Source: Rhizodiscina lignyota
Lineage: Eukaryota
Assembly (NCBI GenBank): GCA_010015805.1
Contig: ML978122.1
Coordinates: 778,453 to 842,452 of the forward strand
Direction: 5' to 3'
Length of the DNA: 64,000 nucleotides
Positions 13,803 through 27,703 of this stretch are shown in pieces. The notes under the pieces are model-generated. The model was not told the origin of the DNA and did not search any database. It worked only from the letters and a program-made list of their open reading frames with translations. A program made the translations under genes and the position numbers. Numbering within the stretch: position 1 is the first letter of the stretch; each line of letters begins with the position of its first letter.

Positions 13803-16454
13803 TTTATTGCTGCCTACCCCGACGAGGTCCAAATTGTCTACTTTTGTTTTCAGCATTGCGGGAAGTACTGGTTGCGGTTGCATTGCAGGCGTTCATCATG
13901 CCATTGTGGGTTTACATCTGGGTTGCTATCCATCGTCACTGGCACCGTCTCATTTGTTCATCACGGGAAGGAGAAAGAGGCTTAAAATTGGGATCTGAGC
14001 CTTCTCATCATCCACAGATTGCAGGCATGGCGAAAGGGAGTCATCGTCTCCATGGGACGACAGAGATACCATAGCATTAGCGGCGGTGTTTTTGCACGAT
14101 GGTTAAGCTTTTCATTTCTCTACATTCGCTTCTGCGATGTACCACATCACCAAGCGCTGGATGAGTGGACAAACTATTTTGGTTGGGCATTCTGCACATC
14201 CGTTTGCTTTTTCTTCAACGGCATCTGTACCTGTCACCAACCGTTACTCAAAATACCACTTCCTCGCCGATCATATCTGATCCGCGGTCTTCCAACAAAA
14301 GTTATTAGGGTCCGGATTTCCATCATTTTGTCATCGGCGTGAGATTGATCTCCCATTACGGACGCGGTAAGCAGCATGGACAACATTAAATCCATGGAAC
14401 CTCGCCACACCTTCCATTTCAGAATGTTCCATTCTCAGGGCCAGTGTTCCTGAAGAGTTCGCTTCTATGCACGTCTTACCAATCAATAAATCCCGCCCTA
14501 TTCCCAGTTTCACAGCATAACTTATAAATTTGTATCACCATTTCTACACGTACCACAGGTACCAAAGTCACGAACGAGAAAGTGGCTTCACCATCCTTCA
14601 AACGCTGGACTCCAACTTCTTTCTTATCGCCGACTTGAAACTGCCAAACACCGACGGTAGATCTGATCCAGGGAGTGGACGGATAGCGCATTAGACCGGA
14701 CGCCACAGCCGCTCCGAACGCTGTTCAGAACGCTGCTCATCACGTTTTCCGTCTCCTCCACGTCTGTCGTTCGGCACGACTGACTGGCCCATTGCTGACA
14801 AGCTTATCGATTGATGTGCAGGCTCAATCTGCCAAATTTTATCGTGGTTGCTCTTCACCAACAAAAGGGTTTGCTTGTTGTCGATTTTGCGAAGATCAAT
14901 GAAGATTTTCGTGATGACGACGTTGGAGCAGCACAATGGCAGGGCAGACAGCGCAAGACAGGGCACCTGGTAATGAGCAAGGACACTCGGATCGTGATCT
15001 CATTCTGGAATGCTTCCTCACATGAGATGTCGTGCTGGTCCCATGGCCCCCATGTAGCTGCAGAGCGTACGACTGACTCCTGTGCTTGCTAGGCGTTATG
15101 CGGAAGTGAGAGCTAGAACTACCGCAATTACTGGACGACATGGCCTCCTCTGACGAGTCAGGACAGGTCATGTGCGAGCTTGCCGAGACGTTGGCGAACT
15201 GAGTACGAAATGTATACGAATAATCGAAATGGCGATACTGCGTCTCCAATATTCCCCTCTAGCCACTGAGGATTCAAATCACTCGACTCGAAGATGCAGT
15301 GGAACAAGTGGTTGAATCATTCATTCCAGATCTCTGTGAAGCCTGCTGCGGGCGCTCACGGCCACTCGATGAAAAGTCCGCTTGGAAATCAATGGCTCTC
15401 GCCCAAAGGCTGGGACCGCTCACGCGTCCGCGTAAGGGGCATGCGGAGGCTAACACCCCGCCGGAAGGTGCGAAGCTACGTCAGCGGCGCATGAGGCTTG
15501 TGAGGCGTTTAGCTTCCGGAGATATCTCCGGCTCTCCACTACGCTCTCGAAATCGTCGCACGAGCCACATCTTTCCTTTCCTTGAGGCTGTCGAAGGTTT
15601 ACATTTCTTTTTTACAAATTCGATGACGATGCGGATGGGTTTTGCGACTTCGCGATGACGGAAAGGTACATATCCATCGCCACCACTACAGCTAGCTGCA
15701 TTGTGACGGAAACTCGGACAGAGATGCCGTTGGAGTCGACTCAGGTCTCTGCGTCGCCGGCGTGGTTTGTATTCGCTCTGCAATTCAGGACTTCAGAGTG
15801 TGTTCCAGCTGAACATCGAGATGAGTTTAGCCGTGATGCAGGTTAGTATGAACTTCGTGGAAGCCGAGATGGCTTAGGGTCAGGTAAGGGGAGAGGTAAC
15901 AAGACTCTCAGAGCCAAACAATCGTAAAAGAGAATCTTCTCGTACCATAATCTACTAGACTTTAGCCCCTTATTTCTCTGAATCAAACCTTCGAAATGCT
16001 GGAAGAGTTGATGGAACTCTTCAATCTGGTTTCTACCTCATATGAACTTTTCTCTTGACATCCTCTTTCCTTCAAGTCCCATCTCAGTAGGCAATATAAA
16101 CTTTCCACTCAATTCCATCTCAAGCACAACAGCTTCTGCTGATCATCACCAACGACTGCTGCTGGCGATTTCCATCTAAGGCTTGAGGCAGCTTCCAAAT
16201 TCACTCTCAAACGGCCTCTCAGGGAGTGAAGTATTTCAACTCTCTGGGTTGAATGGAATTGCACCGCCAGCTCTTCTATGCATCCAGAGTCCACTTACTC
16301 AATACATATTCTACTTCTAACCATCTTCTCTCTTTTCCCTTCCATCTCTCTCATTCTACTTTTCGTGTCATCCACTCTCACACCTTCCATTTAACTGCTT
16401 TCACTGTCCTCCAACTGACTTTCCCTCTCTCAATTCCTCCCACTGCCGCCTATA

Positions 16455-17850
16455 ATGGCACCACTTCTCAAGAACTACATCATCGCCGCAACCGGTGACT
16501 TCGGTCAGGCCCGCTCACACGACAACCTGCGGCGCTGGGTCGAGGCCAACGGCGGCAAGTGGGCATCCACTGTCACCAAGCTCGTGACACATCTGATAGT
16601 CTCGAAAGACCACTGGAAGCGTCAAGTCGCAGCGGGTACTTCCATCTCACCTCCACTTGACATTTCACTCCATCCATTCCATATATGCTGACCACATCAC
16701 TCCAGTCAGAGCCGCCCTCAGGATCAAGCAATGCAAGATCGTATGCTACGACTGGCTCGAAGATTCGCTCCAAAACAAGGGCCGCAAGCGCGAAGGCCCG
16801 TATCTATGGAAGAACAAGGAGAAGGAGTCGGCGAAGTTGCGCGCCGCGCGACAGGAGTCGGTTCGTCGTATCCTGAAGAAAGATGGTAACCCTTTCCATC
16901 CAACTTTCAATACAAGTTTACAAAATGTTACTAACAACCAGACACCAGTCCGCGCCTTCGAAAACGGCTGCGAGAACGCAAAGTCCGATCTCATGTCAGG
17001 TTTGTTGACGCCATCGCCCTCGGCCTCATCCAAATCCACATCATCATCCCCACAATCCGCCGTCGCAAATCTCGCCCGCCTGCGCGCACAGCGCACCGAG
17101 GCGGTGCGCGACACCTTCAGCGGCCATCATCGTTCGAGCACCCCGGCTTCTTCTCCACCCGCTGTGTCGGCCTCCGAAGACGTGGCGCTGCAAGTGCCGC
17201 CCTTCGAAGGCTTGCCCATGGGTGAGAAGAGATCCAAAAGAGGTGCTCCTGCAAAGAAGGCTGCTGATGAGTGGGCGCGCATAGATAACCACCACATCTA
17301 TCGCGACGACACGGGCTTTGACCACGACGTCACGCTCGTGAGGACGGATGTGGCGAATAATACGAACGAGCGGTTCTCGATCCGCGTAAGTCCTTCACAC
17401 CTCTCGTTCTATCATGTCAGGTGGGACGTGTCTTCAGTTAACCACAGCCAAAAATAGCTCTACGAATCCCACACTGTCCCACACACCTATGCCACCGCAA
17501 CGCGCTACCGCCACTCGCACGCCTCGCGCCCCGCCATCGTGGTCATCGTCGACCCGGGCAGCCAGTTCGCACCGGCCTTCAAGCACTTCCGCATCGCATT
17601 CAAAGAGAAGACGCATGTGCCGTGGGAGCAGCGCTACAACAAGGAGGTCATCGCGAACGCCGTGGCGACCGCGAAGGAGGGGTACGACCGGAAGGTGCGT
17701 GTCGCGGAGGCGGAGGAGAAGGAGGTGACGGAGCTGGTTAGGAAGGACTGGGAGAGAAAGGCGAAGGTGTTTACGTGGTGTGGGGTGAGGAAAGGGATGC
17801 CGAAGGGGGTGATGGCGAGGAATGAGGGCGTTGCAGTGAAGGGTGCGTGA
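16455..17850 (+). CDS. BRCT-domain protein with C-terminal WGR-like domain
   Basis: BRCT signature WVEANGGK..VTHLIVS..KIVCYDWLEDSL across the first intron. The C-terminal HIYRDDTGFDHDVTLVRTDVANNTNERFSIRLYES..AFKHFRIAFKEKTHVPWEQR resembles the PARP-type WGR domain. Confidence 0.8.
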
Positions 17851-18546
17851 TTGATGGTGCTGAATCTAAATGAAGGCAGGTCGGTTGGATGGCTACGGGG
17901 TCCTTTTGAAGCGTGATTTGCGTCCTCGGATTGATATTTAACGTCTGAAGTTGGCGTTACGGAACATGGAAGGGATGAAGCCACGCGCTCTCGATCTCCG
18001 TTTGGATGGCGTTGTGAAGAACGGCTCTAGGCGATTCAGTTCAAATTCGGAGGACAATCACTGGAACATGGGGACCGTACAGCAAATGTTCAAGCATCAC
18101 CGTCAGAGAGGTCTCTTTTGGAACACATTTGCAATGTTTGATGGGTCATTGATTTTTGGCCGACAAGGCCAGCATGCATGCTAGTTTACACATCCGTGAA
18201 AAGAAAGCCAATATGTCCTTTCCGCTGGTGGTATACCCGGGCTATCCTCAAGAGAAGATATCCAAATTATCCACCAGGGTAATCGTAGCCGAAACAAACA
18301 GTAGTGTGAAAACATCTCAGAAAAGAAAATGGGGGAAAGTAGAGCAGACATCCGCCAGAACGACAGAAGTCTCATAGAGACCCGCCAGAGTAGCAGAAGT
18401 CCGTCAGCCATCCATCAGAGCAGTAGTAACCTTGCCAAAATGCACCATACGCCATCGCTGAGTTCCATCCATGAGAGTCCGATCCAGGTGACGCCACTAG
18501 TCCAAGCAGAACAGCCTACGGATCAGTTAACAGAGAAAGAGAATCC

Positions 18547-19631
18547 CTAGAACTCCATAGACTCCATCAACTGCTCGCTCATAGCGCGCAACGGGCTCTT
18601 CTCCTTCTCCAAGAGGAACTCGTCGTCATCCTCGTCGTAATCGTCGTCGAAAACACCGAGGTATTGTGGACTCATCACTTCGTAATCGTCGTTATCCACC
18701 TCGTCGTCGCCGGCGTGGCGAATCACGTAGTCGTCGTCGTCGTCTGCGTTCATGCGGTCGACGTCGTAGCCAAGGCTCTCACCAAGCCAGTACTTCGCTC
18801 TCTTGCTCGCTGTGCTGCCTCGATAGTCAATACCTTCTGATATGTTACGCTTGTGTGACGGACCGTTGACAGGAGAGTGCGAAAGAGCGCTCAAACCACG
18901 GAGATACATGTAGCAGACGCGCTTGCGCTCCTTGCTGAAGAAGAAGTAGTTGAGACTCCAGACGGCGCCGTCGTCGTGAGTAAGTGGGTCTTCGTCGGGC
19001 AAGAAGGTGTAGACAGTGCAGCCCTTCAGGCCCATCTCCTTGTCGATGAGGTCCCACATGTGGGGTCCCCAGATCTGTCCGCCACCAGCGTTATGAACTT
19101 GTCCGCGCTGCAGCATGAGGTCAGCGAGGCGCAGAGCCTTAGGCTGCAGATTGTAGATCGCCTCGTCAACGTCATCCCGCGCAGAGCGAACGCTCGCGAC
19201 GCGCTTGAAGTCCTGTGGGCGCAAATGCGAGAAGTCGTAGTCCGGGTGGCTCGCGTTGAGAGTCGCAATGAGATGCGCAAAGGTGCGACGACTTGAAGGT
19301 TGGCTCAGCGGGCCGAACGGGCTCGAACGCGACAAGTTCAACTGATCGGCAAACGTCTCAGCGTCCGGGGGTGAGAGCGACGCCGAGAGGCGAAGGACCG
19401 TCTCATGCTGCTCTTCGAGATTCTTCTCGACATTGCGGTAGAGTTTCTTCTCGTCACCGGTTGTCTTTGTCGTGTAGAGCTCACAAGCACCGAGGACGAT
19501 GCAATCGCCAGTCTCAAAGCTGAGAGTGCTTGACACCTCTTCGATCTCGCTAATCGGAAGGAACTGTGATGAATGTCATGTTAGCAAAGAACACAGCACA
19601 TGGATTCACTGCTGATGCGACGTACCTTCAT
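18547..19631 (-). CDS. MAF1: Maf1, repressor of RNA polymerase III
   Basis: MK|FLP start; GACELYTTK..EKKLY; SPFGPLSQPSSRRTFAHLIATLNASHPDYDFS; WSLNYFFFSKERKRVCY; acidic tail. Confidence 0.95.
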
Positions 19632-20893
19632 TCTGAATGATCGAACACGGGCGTTCGTTAGCTATGGGTGGGAGAGAGAGCCTGGAGGGAACTAAGGTAG
19701 TATACCGAGACCAAAGCGCATGTGGCGATTGTTACTCTTGATGCGCGCGCGCTTTGCGACGCGGTTGTTAGGCGGATGTTTGGGAAGATCGGGTTTCCTG
19801 CGAAAGCGAGACAGCGTAAGGCAGTTCCTCAAAGCTGGGTGCAGAGAGACGTCTGCAGGCGCTGTTCAGGCCAGACCTTTCAGTCTAGCAGGAGTTGATG
19901 ATGCCAGCGGAAGACATGAAGCGGGAAGTGTTGTTTTTATAGCGGTTCCTGGTTGTTGTTGCCGCGGTGAAGAGGCAAGCAGTGACGTGGTTGCCGTTTG
20001 CAGACGACGTGAAGTTGGAGGTCCGCGGTCGCCAAGATTGCGACGATCAAAACAGGCACAGCAGGCTGCTTATGTCAACGCCTCGTCCCGTGACCGAATA
20101 CAGGCAGCCGCGGCGCGGAAGTTAGGCAGATAGGCCCACGGAGTGATGATTAAGGTATGCGAACTGAAGCCCTCTGGATAATGAGAAGAGAAGGAGTACT
20201 TCCAATGCGGGGAGGATTGTTCTATTGCCGCCGAAGTCGTGGAATCCAGACAGCGAAAGCTCTCACCAATGAGACATCATCACAATCGCACATGCATGCT
20301 CAACGCGGCGCCGAGTGCGCGGGAGGAACGGAGTTTCACGGGCGCCTGTCGTCAGCAGATGCAGTTCCATTGTCTACTTAACATAGGTATTTGGGTATCA
20401 TTCCTCGCTGCATCGACGAGCGTGTCTCTTCGTAATATGGCTACAGTGCTGGGCTTCTTCGTGTCAGCGTAGGAAACGGAATTGCAAAGAGCCAAAGCAA
20501 ACCATGCTACCAAATTCCCTCTCAATCACTATCCTCCCATTTGCCAAACTCCGTCGAACCAAGCATCATCCTCTTCCTCCAAACCCGGTTCTAACACAAG
20601 CGTCGTCCATCGTTCCAAGGCAGCATCATATATAGGCAGCGAATTGGCGATATTGTTCTGGTATGACTGTTCTCGCTCGAGGCCGACTGACTCATTGTTC
20701 AGGCTGCTGATGAAGTTCCGACTCGATGGCTTCTCCTCACATGAGCCCGACCTGACGAAACTTGTCTTGGATTTGATCGTCTGCCTGCATGCAGTGAGGA
20801 TATCGAGTCAGCCACCGTGCCTTTTTCAAGGCCGCCGAAGCCGCCGAAAGGATAATCAGGTACGTAGTGGTGAGAGCGCTGCAACCCCATATA

Positions 20894-21632
20894 CTACATG
20901 ATTTTGGTGACGCCCTCGTCTTCGGCCTGACAGTACCACAATCAATATCAGTATGTTGCGTGGGGAAATGTGGCATGTATAGCAGGTTACGATATGGCAG
21001 ATGCACTGCAGTGTGACGCAGAACTGAGAAAAATTTACCTCCATGTCCTCTAAGCTGTCCTGCTGTCCGATCGTCCTCAGCACGTTCTTCTTGCTGCTCT
21101 CTTGCATTTCGCCGGCTAGCAGCAGCTCGTCAAGTATGAAATACGCCTTCTGGAAGTTGAAGATGATGTCCAACTCGCAGACATTGCCGTAGTACTTATC
21201 CATCTGCTCTACGTATCTGTGTACGATCTCAAGGGTGATCAGTTCATTATCGGTCGAGTCACAGCCGGCGATGAAGAAGAGAGAGGCGTATCGACGGTAC
21301 ACGATCTTGGTGTCTTGGATTGGAGTCAGCGCGTGGAGTCACTGCGGGCATGTTCAAGATCACTTGCCTTTGTACTCGAGGAAATTGCACATTCGCGTCC
21401 GGCGAGCAAGGACTAGCTGAGAAACATCTTTCACGATCTTTGCTTTGTCTTTTGGAGAGAGAGTGGTGAACCACTTGGCTAGGCGCTGGAAATGGCGGTC
21501 AGCCAGGAGCTCTGAAATTCACGCAGCTGTACGCACAACTTTGCCTTGTCTTGAAAGGAGGATGAGATATCTAGATCGTGTAAGTTTGACTTCTATTTAG
21601 CTCAAGGAAAGTTGGATATACTTGATCGCCAT
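20894..21632 (-). CDS. APS1: AP-1 clathrin adaptor complex sigma subunit
   Basis: Spliced [75 protein letters not shown]; last exon [10 protein letters not shown]. Confidence 0.93.
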
Positions 21633-21917
21633 GCTGCACCACTGGATCCACGTGTCCTATTGTGGTGGTGGTGATGTACTGGTGGAGGTGTGTAATTTTT
21701 GAGTTGGGGCCGGCAGAGGAAATGCAGGTGTGGCACCGATTCGACCTGTGCTCGTGCCCCACCAGCGCCAAGTGGACGTCAATCAATGGCCACCAATTCA
21801 CTTTCTTGAGCGTCGTTCTGAAATAGTCAACATTTTACGAATAATGACCATGATCTTATGATACCGCCACGCCTCCAACCGTCCTAAACTCGAACACACC
21901 ACATCTAAGGCGTCAAG

Positions 21918-22942
21918 ATGCGTCTCGTCCTCTCCACGTCGTAAGTTCCCCGCCATTGCTATCGGTCAATAAAGCGAGTATCTGAAAGTAATCCTCCAGC
22001 AATATAATGGGCGGCTCCTCCATCATCTCCCGCGCTGCCGCTGAAAAGTCCAACACCGAACTTGTCTCCTCCCTCCGTGCAAACTTCCACTCCGTCCAGC
22101 GCTCTCACGAACAGCAAAAGCAAACGAACGGCAATGGCACCCACACCAACGGCAGTATCAGTATACCATACAAAGCCTGGACGCGACAAGAAGGCACAGA
22201 TCTGTACATCCCCACCGCGGACTTTGAGCACTCTGGCCTCGCGGAAGAGCGCTCGCAGTACGACATCACGGTGAAGCTGTTCTACCTACCAAATATCCCT
22301 CCGTCGAAACGATGCGCGCATACAAGGGAAGCCATTGAGCTGGTGTTGAAAGAGCTACATGTGAGCTCGATAGACCTGCTGATAATATCCTTCCCGGGGA
22401 TATCGTTCGACGCGGACGACGAGGAATACTCTGACATTGACGAAGAAGATTCAGGGATTGTGGATGGAGAGGGCGATGATGTAGGCGGAGTAGACGATAT
22501 CGACACAATGGCGACGACATGGCGGACGCTGGAAGCGCTGCATGATGAGGGGATAATAGGGAAGCTAGGACTGGCAGAGTTTGGGAGCCAGCGGTTATCG
22601 AGGTTGCTCGCAAAGACGAGGGTTAGGCCGACGGTCGACCAGATAAATGTGCGGGATTGCTGCGTGGTACCGAAGCAGTTGATACTGTTCGCAAAGCAGG
22701 AAGGAATCGAGCTGTTGACGCATAATGACTGCACAAACATCCTGCCAAGAGGGACACTGAGAGAATTACTAGGACCGGGAGAGACTGGAGCTGGTGTATT
22801 AGCAGGCAGAGAAGCAGGTGGAGAGGGACTGAAGGGAGACGTAGAGCCACAATGGGTCGTCAAGTACACGGCAGTGGTCAAGAACAGAGGAGTCGTGGAG
22901 AACAAGGGCTATTTTGCTGCAGCGGAGCTACATGAATGCTAA
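21918..22942 (+). CDS. Glutamate-cysteine ligase modifier (regulatory) subunit, AKR-fold
   Basis: MRLVLSTS|NIMGG start; KSNTELVSSL; EERSQYDITVKLF; DQINVRDCCVVP..ELLTHNDC; PQWVVKYTAVVKNRGVVENKGY. Confidence 0.88.
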
Positions 22943-23151
22943 TGAAAGCAAGGATAGACGAAGCAAGTCCATGTTATGTGATGAAGTGAGGTACTTAATC
23001 CCTTACAATTTTGTCAAATGCGCCAGCAAATGTGTCCGCCACGAGCAATTACCGGGTTGAAACGCCCAAGTCAGAGATCAAAAACAAGGGGGAACGGGCT
23101 CGAAGAGAGGCCATGCAAATTTAAACCTGCCTTCAGCATTGGATTCGAACC

Positions 23152-24016
23152 TCACAGAAGTCTGGTTTTGTAACACGACCTTCCTTCCTTCGTATGCTCG
23201 TGATAGTAGCAAGCGTCTTCACGAAATGGCGCCGTCCATTGTTTGGTCTTCGAGGCCGTACTTGTAGAGAGCACATCCCATAGTACCTCCGTATTGTATG
23301 AAAGGAGAAACAACTTCTTCGAGGCAGGTCCATGGAAGAACCACTCCGTGAACCAATCGGTATCCCTCTGGTCAAGATGGCAGTCCACAGTAAGCTTGCG
23401 TAAAGGTGACTCCGGTGGGGTGTTCTCGTAGATATCTTTTCCCCAAAACGTTGCATAGATCTTGTCTTTGATCAGGACGTTAATGATTGCATCGATGACA
23501 GCGTCTTTGAAGTCGGCATCTTGTAGCATGTCGCCAAGAAAGTATGACTCAATTAGAAGACGGCCTTCAGACACGCCTAGACCATCCTCAGAACGAGAGT
23601 AGATCGTTGACGTGTAGAGCCATCTCTCGTAGAGTGTGAACTGCGGTACATCCGTCTCCGGCAACTCTACGAGTTTCTTCTGAGCTTCTTTCCAGTCACG
23701 GCTCAAAGCCTTTTCGAAGAACGCAGAGCGAGCTCTAATAAGTCCTTCATGGACAAGAAACTTCTCTTGCGACCGGCCAACAAGCACAGTAACGAATGTT
23801 GTGCCAAAACTATGTCAAGTCAGTTAAGGAATGTCCATATAGAAGCGAACAGGCGTCAACGTACACGGGCGCATTGCTAAGAGCATACGTTCTTAGGCCA
23901 GTTTGCTGAGCCCGGTCATCAAGTTTAATTCTCTTAGAAACCTGGCCATCGACTTCGCCATTGTTGTATGAGTTGAGATTGCTGTCAGCCGCTCGTTTAG
24001 ATGAAGTAGAAGCCAT
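23152..24016 (-). CDS. BTB/POZ-domain protein (fungal expanded family)
   Basis: VTVLVGRSQEKFLVHEGLIRARSAFFEKALSRDWKEA..LPETDVPQFTLYERWLY; YFLGDMLQDADFKDAVID; IYENTPPESPLRKL; ACYYHEH. Confidence 0.85.
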
Positions 24017-24302
24017 TGAAATCGATACTGAAGTGGGATTGAATTCAGACGGAGCGTGATGTTGGCAGTGTAGAGAAATCAGGTGTAACGCGAGTTTATT
24101 GAGCGTGTATTGGTTGAGATTGCGGTTGTGCGAAGTGTGGACTTTACCGACGGCTCGAGTTCAATGTGGAAGTCGCGACTGCCTTCGAAGAGTCGAATGT
24201 GCGCGAGCTTCAGCCGAACGTTCGGGGATAAAACTTGTGTCTAATGGAAGCACTCCACTTGCAGTCTCCAATTCGCTTATTTTGTGAGCGACAGACATCA
24301 TC

Positions 24303-25049
24303 TCAAGAAGCCGTCGATTTCCGCCATTGAAGCACCCTCTTCTTGATCTGCCCAGCGCTCTGTTGCATGGGATTCAGCTTCCTGTCCATGAACATCTTGT
24401 CGTAGTCATCGCCATGTCTCTGAACCAAAGCCTCTACCCACTCTATTTCCCTTGCACTCTGATGCCTTGGCTTCTTGCTCTCTCCCGCGGCAGCTATAGA
24501 TTCCAGCTGTCTGACGACCTCCGTCCGCCCCACTGAAGAGTCCTCATTGGTTGTTTCATCCTCCTCTCCCCCATCTTGGTCGTCCTCTTCATCAAACTCG
24601 TTCAACAAGTCATGCAGAGGGTTGTCGCGGACCAGCCCCTCATCCTCAATTACACGCAATATCTCACCAGTTTCTGGATCGCGTTCGACACGCGCCTCTC
24701 GGATCGCCATAGTGGATGGCAGTTTCGGGTTGATGGATAGTTTGCTGTTCTTAGACTTCGCCGCATCTTGCTCCTCTTGCGCTTTCAAGATTTGTATGGT
24801 CTTCTCGGTGCCGCCTGTAGGCCGATTCAAGCCCACTGCGAGGCCAAGCTTCTTGTAATTTTGACTCAATGTTAAAGACTTGTCCCTGCGTGAAAGCGTC
24901 AGAGTCAAAGTGTTTCACTCTTTGCGGCACATAGCATACCAGTTGGCAGCGATGATAGGATTGCCAAAGTGCTTCTTCTTCGACTTCGGCTTCCTCTTCA
25001 CTCTGTTGAGTGACGAGCGATTCTTCTTCTTCTGTAGTTCGCGCCCCAT
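24303..25049 (-). CDS. NOP16: Nucleolar protein 16 (ribosome biogenesis)
   Basis: MGRELQKKKNRSS..GNPIIAANW|DKSLTLSQNYKKLGL; C-terminal LVQRHGDDYDKMFMDRKLNPMQQS. Confidence 0.92.
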
Positions 25050-25255
25050 TTTGAGATTTCAGTTGACTGTGTCTGTGTCTGAAAGAAGTTGACGCCGAAG
25101 GGAAGAGGAAGTCTTTAAATTTTGTCGAGGGTCGAAATCTTGGCAGGATTACTCTAGATCTAATCTTATCAGCACCCATTATCACTTTACCCTCAGGGGC
25201 ACGCGAACACTCTATTTCCACATCACAAACACGATTCAGCACAAAAGTCGCCAAA

Positions 25256-26723
25256 ATGCCAGTCAGGCTATCCCGTGCCGTACTAGGCATATGTATTACC
25301 CTCATTGCTTTCGCATATTCCGTTTGGGCGGAGACTGAGCATAAGCTCCCCGATTGGGCAACACTGCGCTCTGTTCCAGCCATTGAACAAGCTCTTCAGG
25401 TAACTATATTCCCTGTTCTTGAACTCATCTGTCTATATGTGATACCTTCTACTCGAATGGAGTTCTACTCTTCTTGATTTGCATTTTCAGATCACCATCT
25501 TCATTTTCTTCAGCCGACACGCCCCACATCGACTTCGACTGACAATCATCTTGCAGGATACCTCTCTTGTGCAAGCCCTCAACAAACGCAAACTGGCCGA
25601 AAACTCCTCAGGCTCCTCACTTACATCTCAAATATTCGCCGTCCTCTTTCCCGGTAGCCCTGCGGTCAACGCTCTCCTCGCGACTCTCTACATCTCCGGC
25701 CCACCAAACTTCCTCCTCGCACTATGCCCTCCCAACATCGATCCTTCCTCTCTCAGCGTGATGGTCGCTTTTGCTGTTGGCGGCTTACTTGGTGATACTC
25801 TATTCCATCTGCTGCCAGAGATATTCCTCGGAGAAGATGCGCCGGATCACGTCCGCTTTGTCATGGTCGAGCCGAACAAGAACCTCCTGCTCGGTGTTGC
25901 GATAATGGGCGGCTTTGTGACATTCGTGGCGATGGATAAAACGCTGCGGATTGCTACAGGTGGAGAGGACCCTCATGACCACGGCCACGGCCACAGCCAT
26001 GCCAATGGTAAAGCCGACGAGACTGAGAAAGCCTCTGCATCTGGCACAGATTCCTTATCTGCAGACTCAGTCCGGTCGCGCAAACAGCCTGCCACTTCGG
26101 TGTCGGCACGGAAGGAAAAGAAAGACGAGACAAACGAGATAAACCCCAGCGTCAAGCTAGGCGGCATCCTCAACATGATCGCCGACTTTACGCACAACAT
26201 CACAGACGGCCTTGCTCTGAGCTCTTCGTTCTATGCATCTCCAGCACTGGGCGCAACGACAACAGTGGCTGTTTTCTTCCACGAGATACCGCACGAAGTC
26301 GGTGACTTTGCACTACTGATCCAGTCAGGCTTCAGCAAGCGCGCCGCAATGGGCGCCCAATTCGTCACAGCCCTTGGTGCGTTTCTCGGTACGGTCATTG
26401 GCATTACGATCCAGGAGCTGGGAGGCAGGAGCAGTGATGGGGGAATTGGCGATGAGGTCGGTATCATGGGCACCAGCTTGTCCTGGGGCGACATGCTCTT
26501 GCCGTTCACTGCTGGAACATTCTTGTATGTTGGCACGGTGGCAGTTATCCCGGAGCTACTGGAGACAGGCAAGGATAAGGGCCAGGAAGTGAGGAAGACG
26601 CTGATGCAGTTTGCGGCGATGGCTGCTGGTGCCGGAATTATGTTCACGTGAGTTCTCCCTGGGTTCCATATGGGGTTTGACGTTTGAGACTGACTTTCGC
26701 TGCACAGGATATCGTGGTCTTGA
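25256..26723 (+). CDS. YKE4: ZIP (SLC39) zinc transporter, Yke4/KE4 type
   Basis: Signal peptide; AFAVGGLLGDTLFHLLPE; His-rich loop HDHGHGHSH; ADFTHNITDG; FHEIPHEVGDFA. Confidence 0.92.
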
Positions 26724-27703
26724 TTGGCCAAAATTATAGAGTACGAACCTAAGGCAAAAGCATTTGCATTATAGACGCACTATGACTAGTTTCAAAAACG
26801 GCATTTCATTAAATATAGACCTTCGGAGAGCGTGTGATATGGCACAATGTGACTCACCGTAATGAATCGTTTCTGTGATCATCTTGAGATCAGAGAAACA
26901 CGCGAGATTCGCCGTAATCGCTACTACCTACCTTTTGACGCTATTATTCAACGTAGCATCAGAAGAGATGGAGGGGAGTCGACTTTTGATCAGATTCGTT
27001 CTTAGGTCACGACAGGAAAAAGAGGCATGTTGATGAAGGATGTTAGCAGAAGCAACTCAGAAGTGGACCCGAGCTTAGAGAGGTGTATGACGGACCACGT
27101 TTGAATGAAGAAAGCGGTTCCGAAATTAAATCTCATGATTCGAATGTCGAATAATAAATATAAGTAGTATAGGTTTGATGAAATGTGCATAGATAATGGC
27201 TATTAAATGTTTATGAGCAGAATGTAATCCGGTACATATCGAGTCCATGTTAACCGAATAAGAGAACAACCTGTTCTAGTGGAATAAAATCATTCTGAAA
27301 TATATCCTCCACATCCAAGTAAATGCTCATCACTGTGTACTCATCAGCTTTCACGCTCATGTCAATATGTATAATGGGAATGGTAGCCTCGTCACGTCAT
27401 TTGCCGGTATCCACGAGATGGTCCACAGAGGGGCGGCCTCGCGCTACGTAGGCTTTCCCGAGGTGTCTCTATCCACAAGAACGAGCAATGTCCACTATGG
27501 CACGAATCCATCACCGCACTACCGGACGAGCTTTTCCCCTATGAACATAACGCTGGAGTTAGCCCCGTGCGGGGAAGTCTGCCGAGCTTCAGCGACGTGG
27601 GAATCTTTATATGGGAGCATTGCCCCAGTCCAACAGGACGTAGTTAAAGATTTGGGTGGAATCCTGATTTATATAGCAAATCGAATCTATTCAAGTGATC
27701 ACA

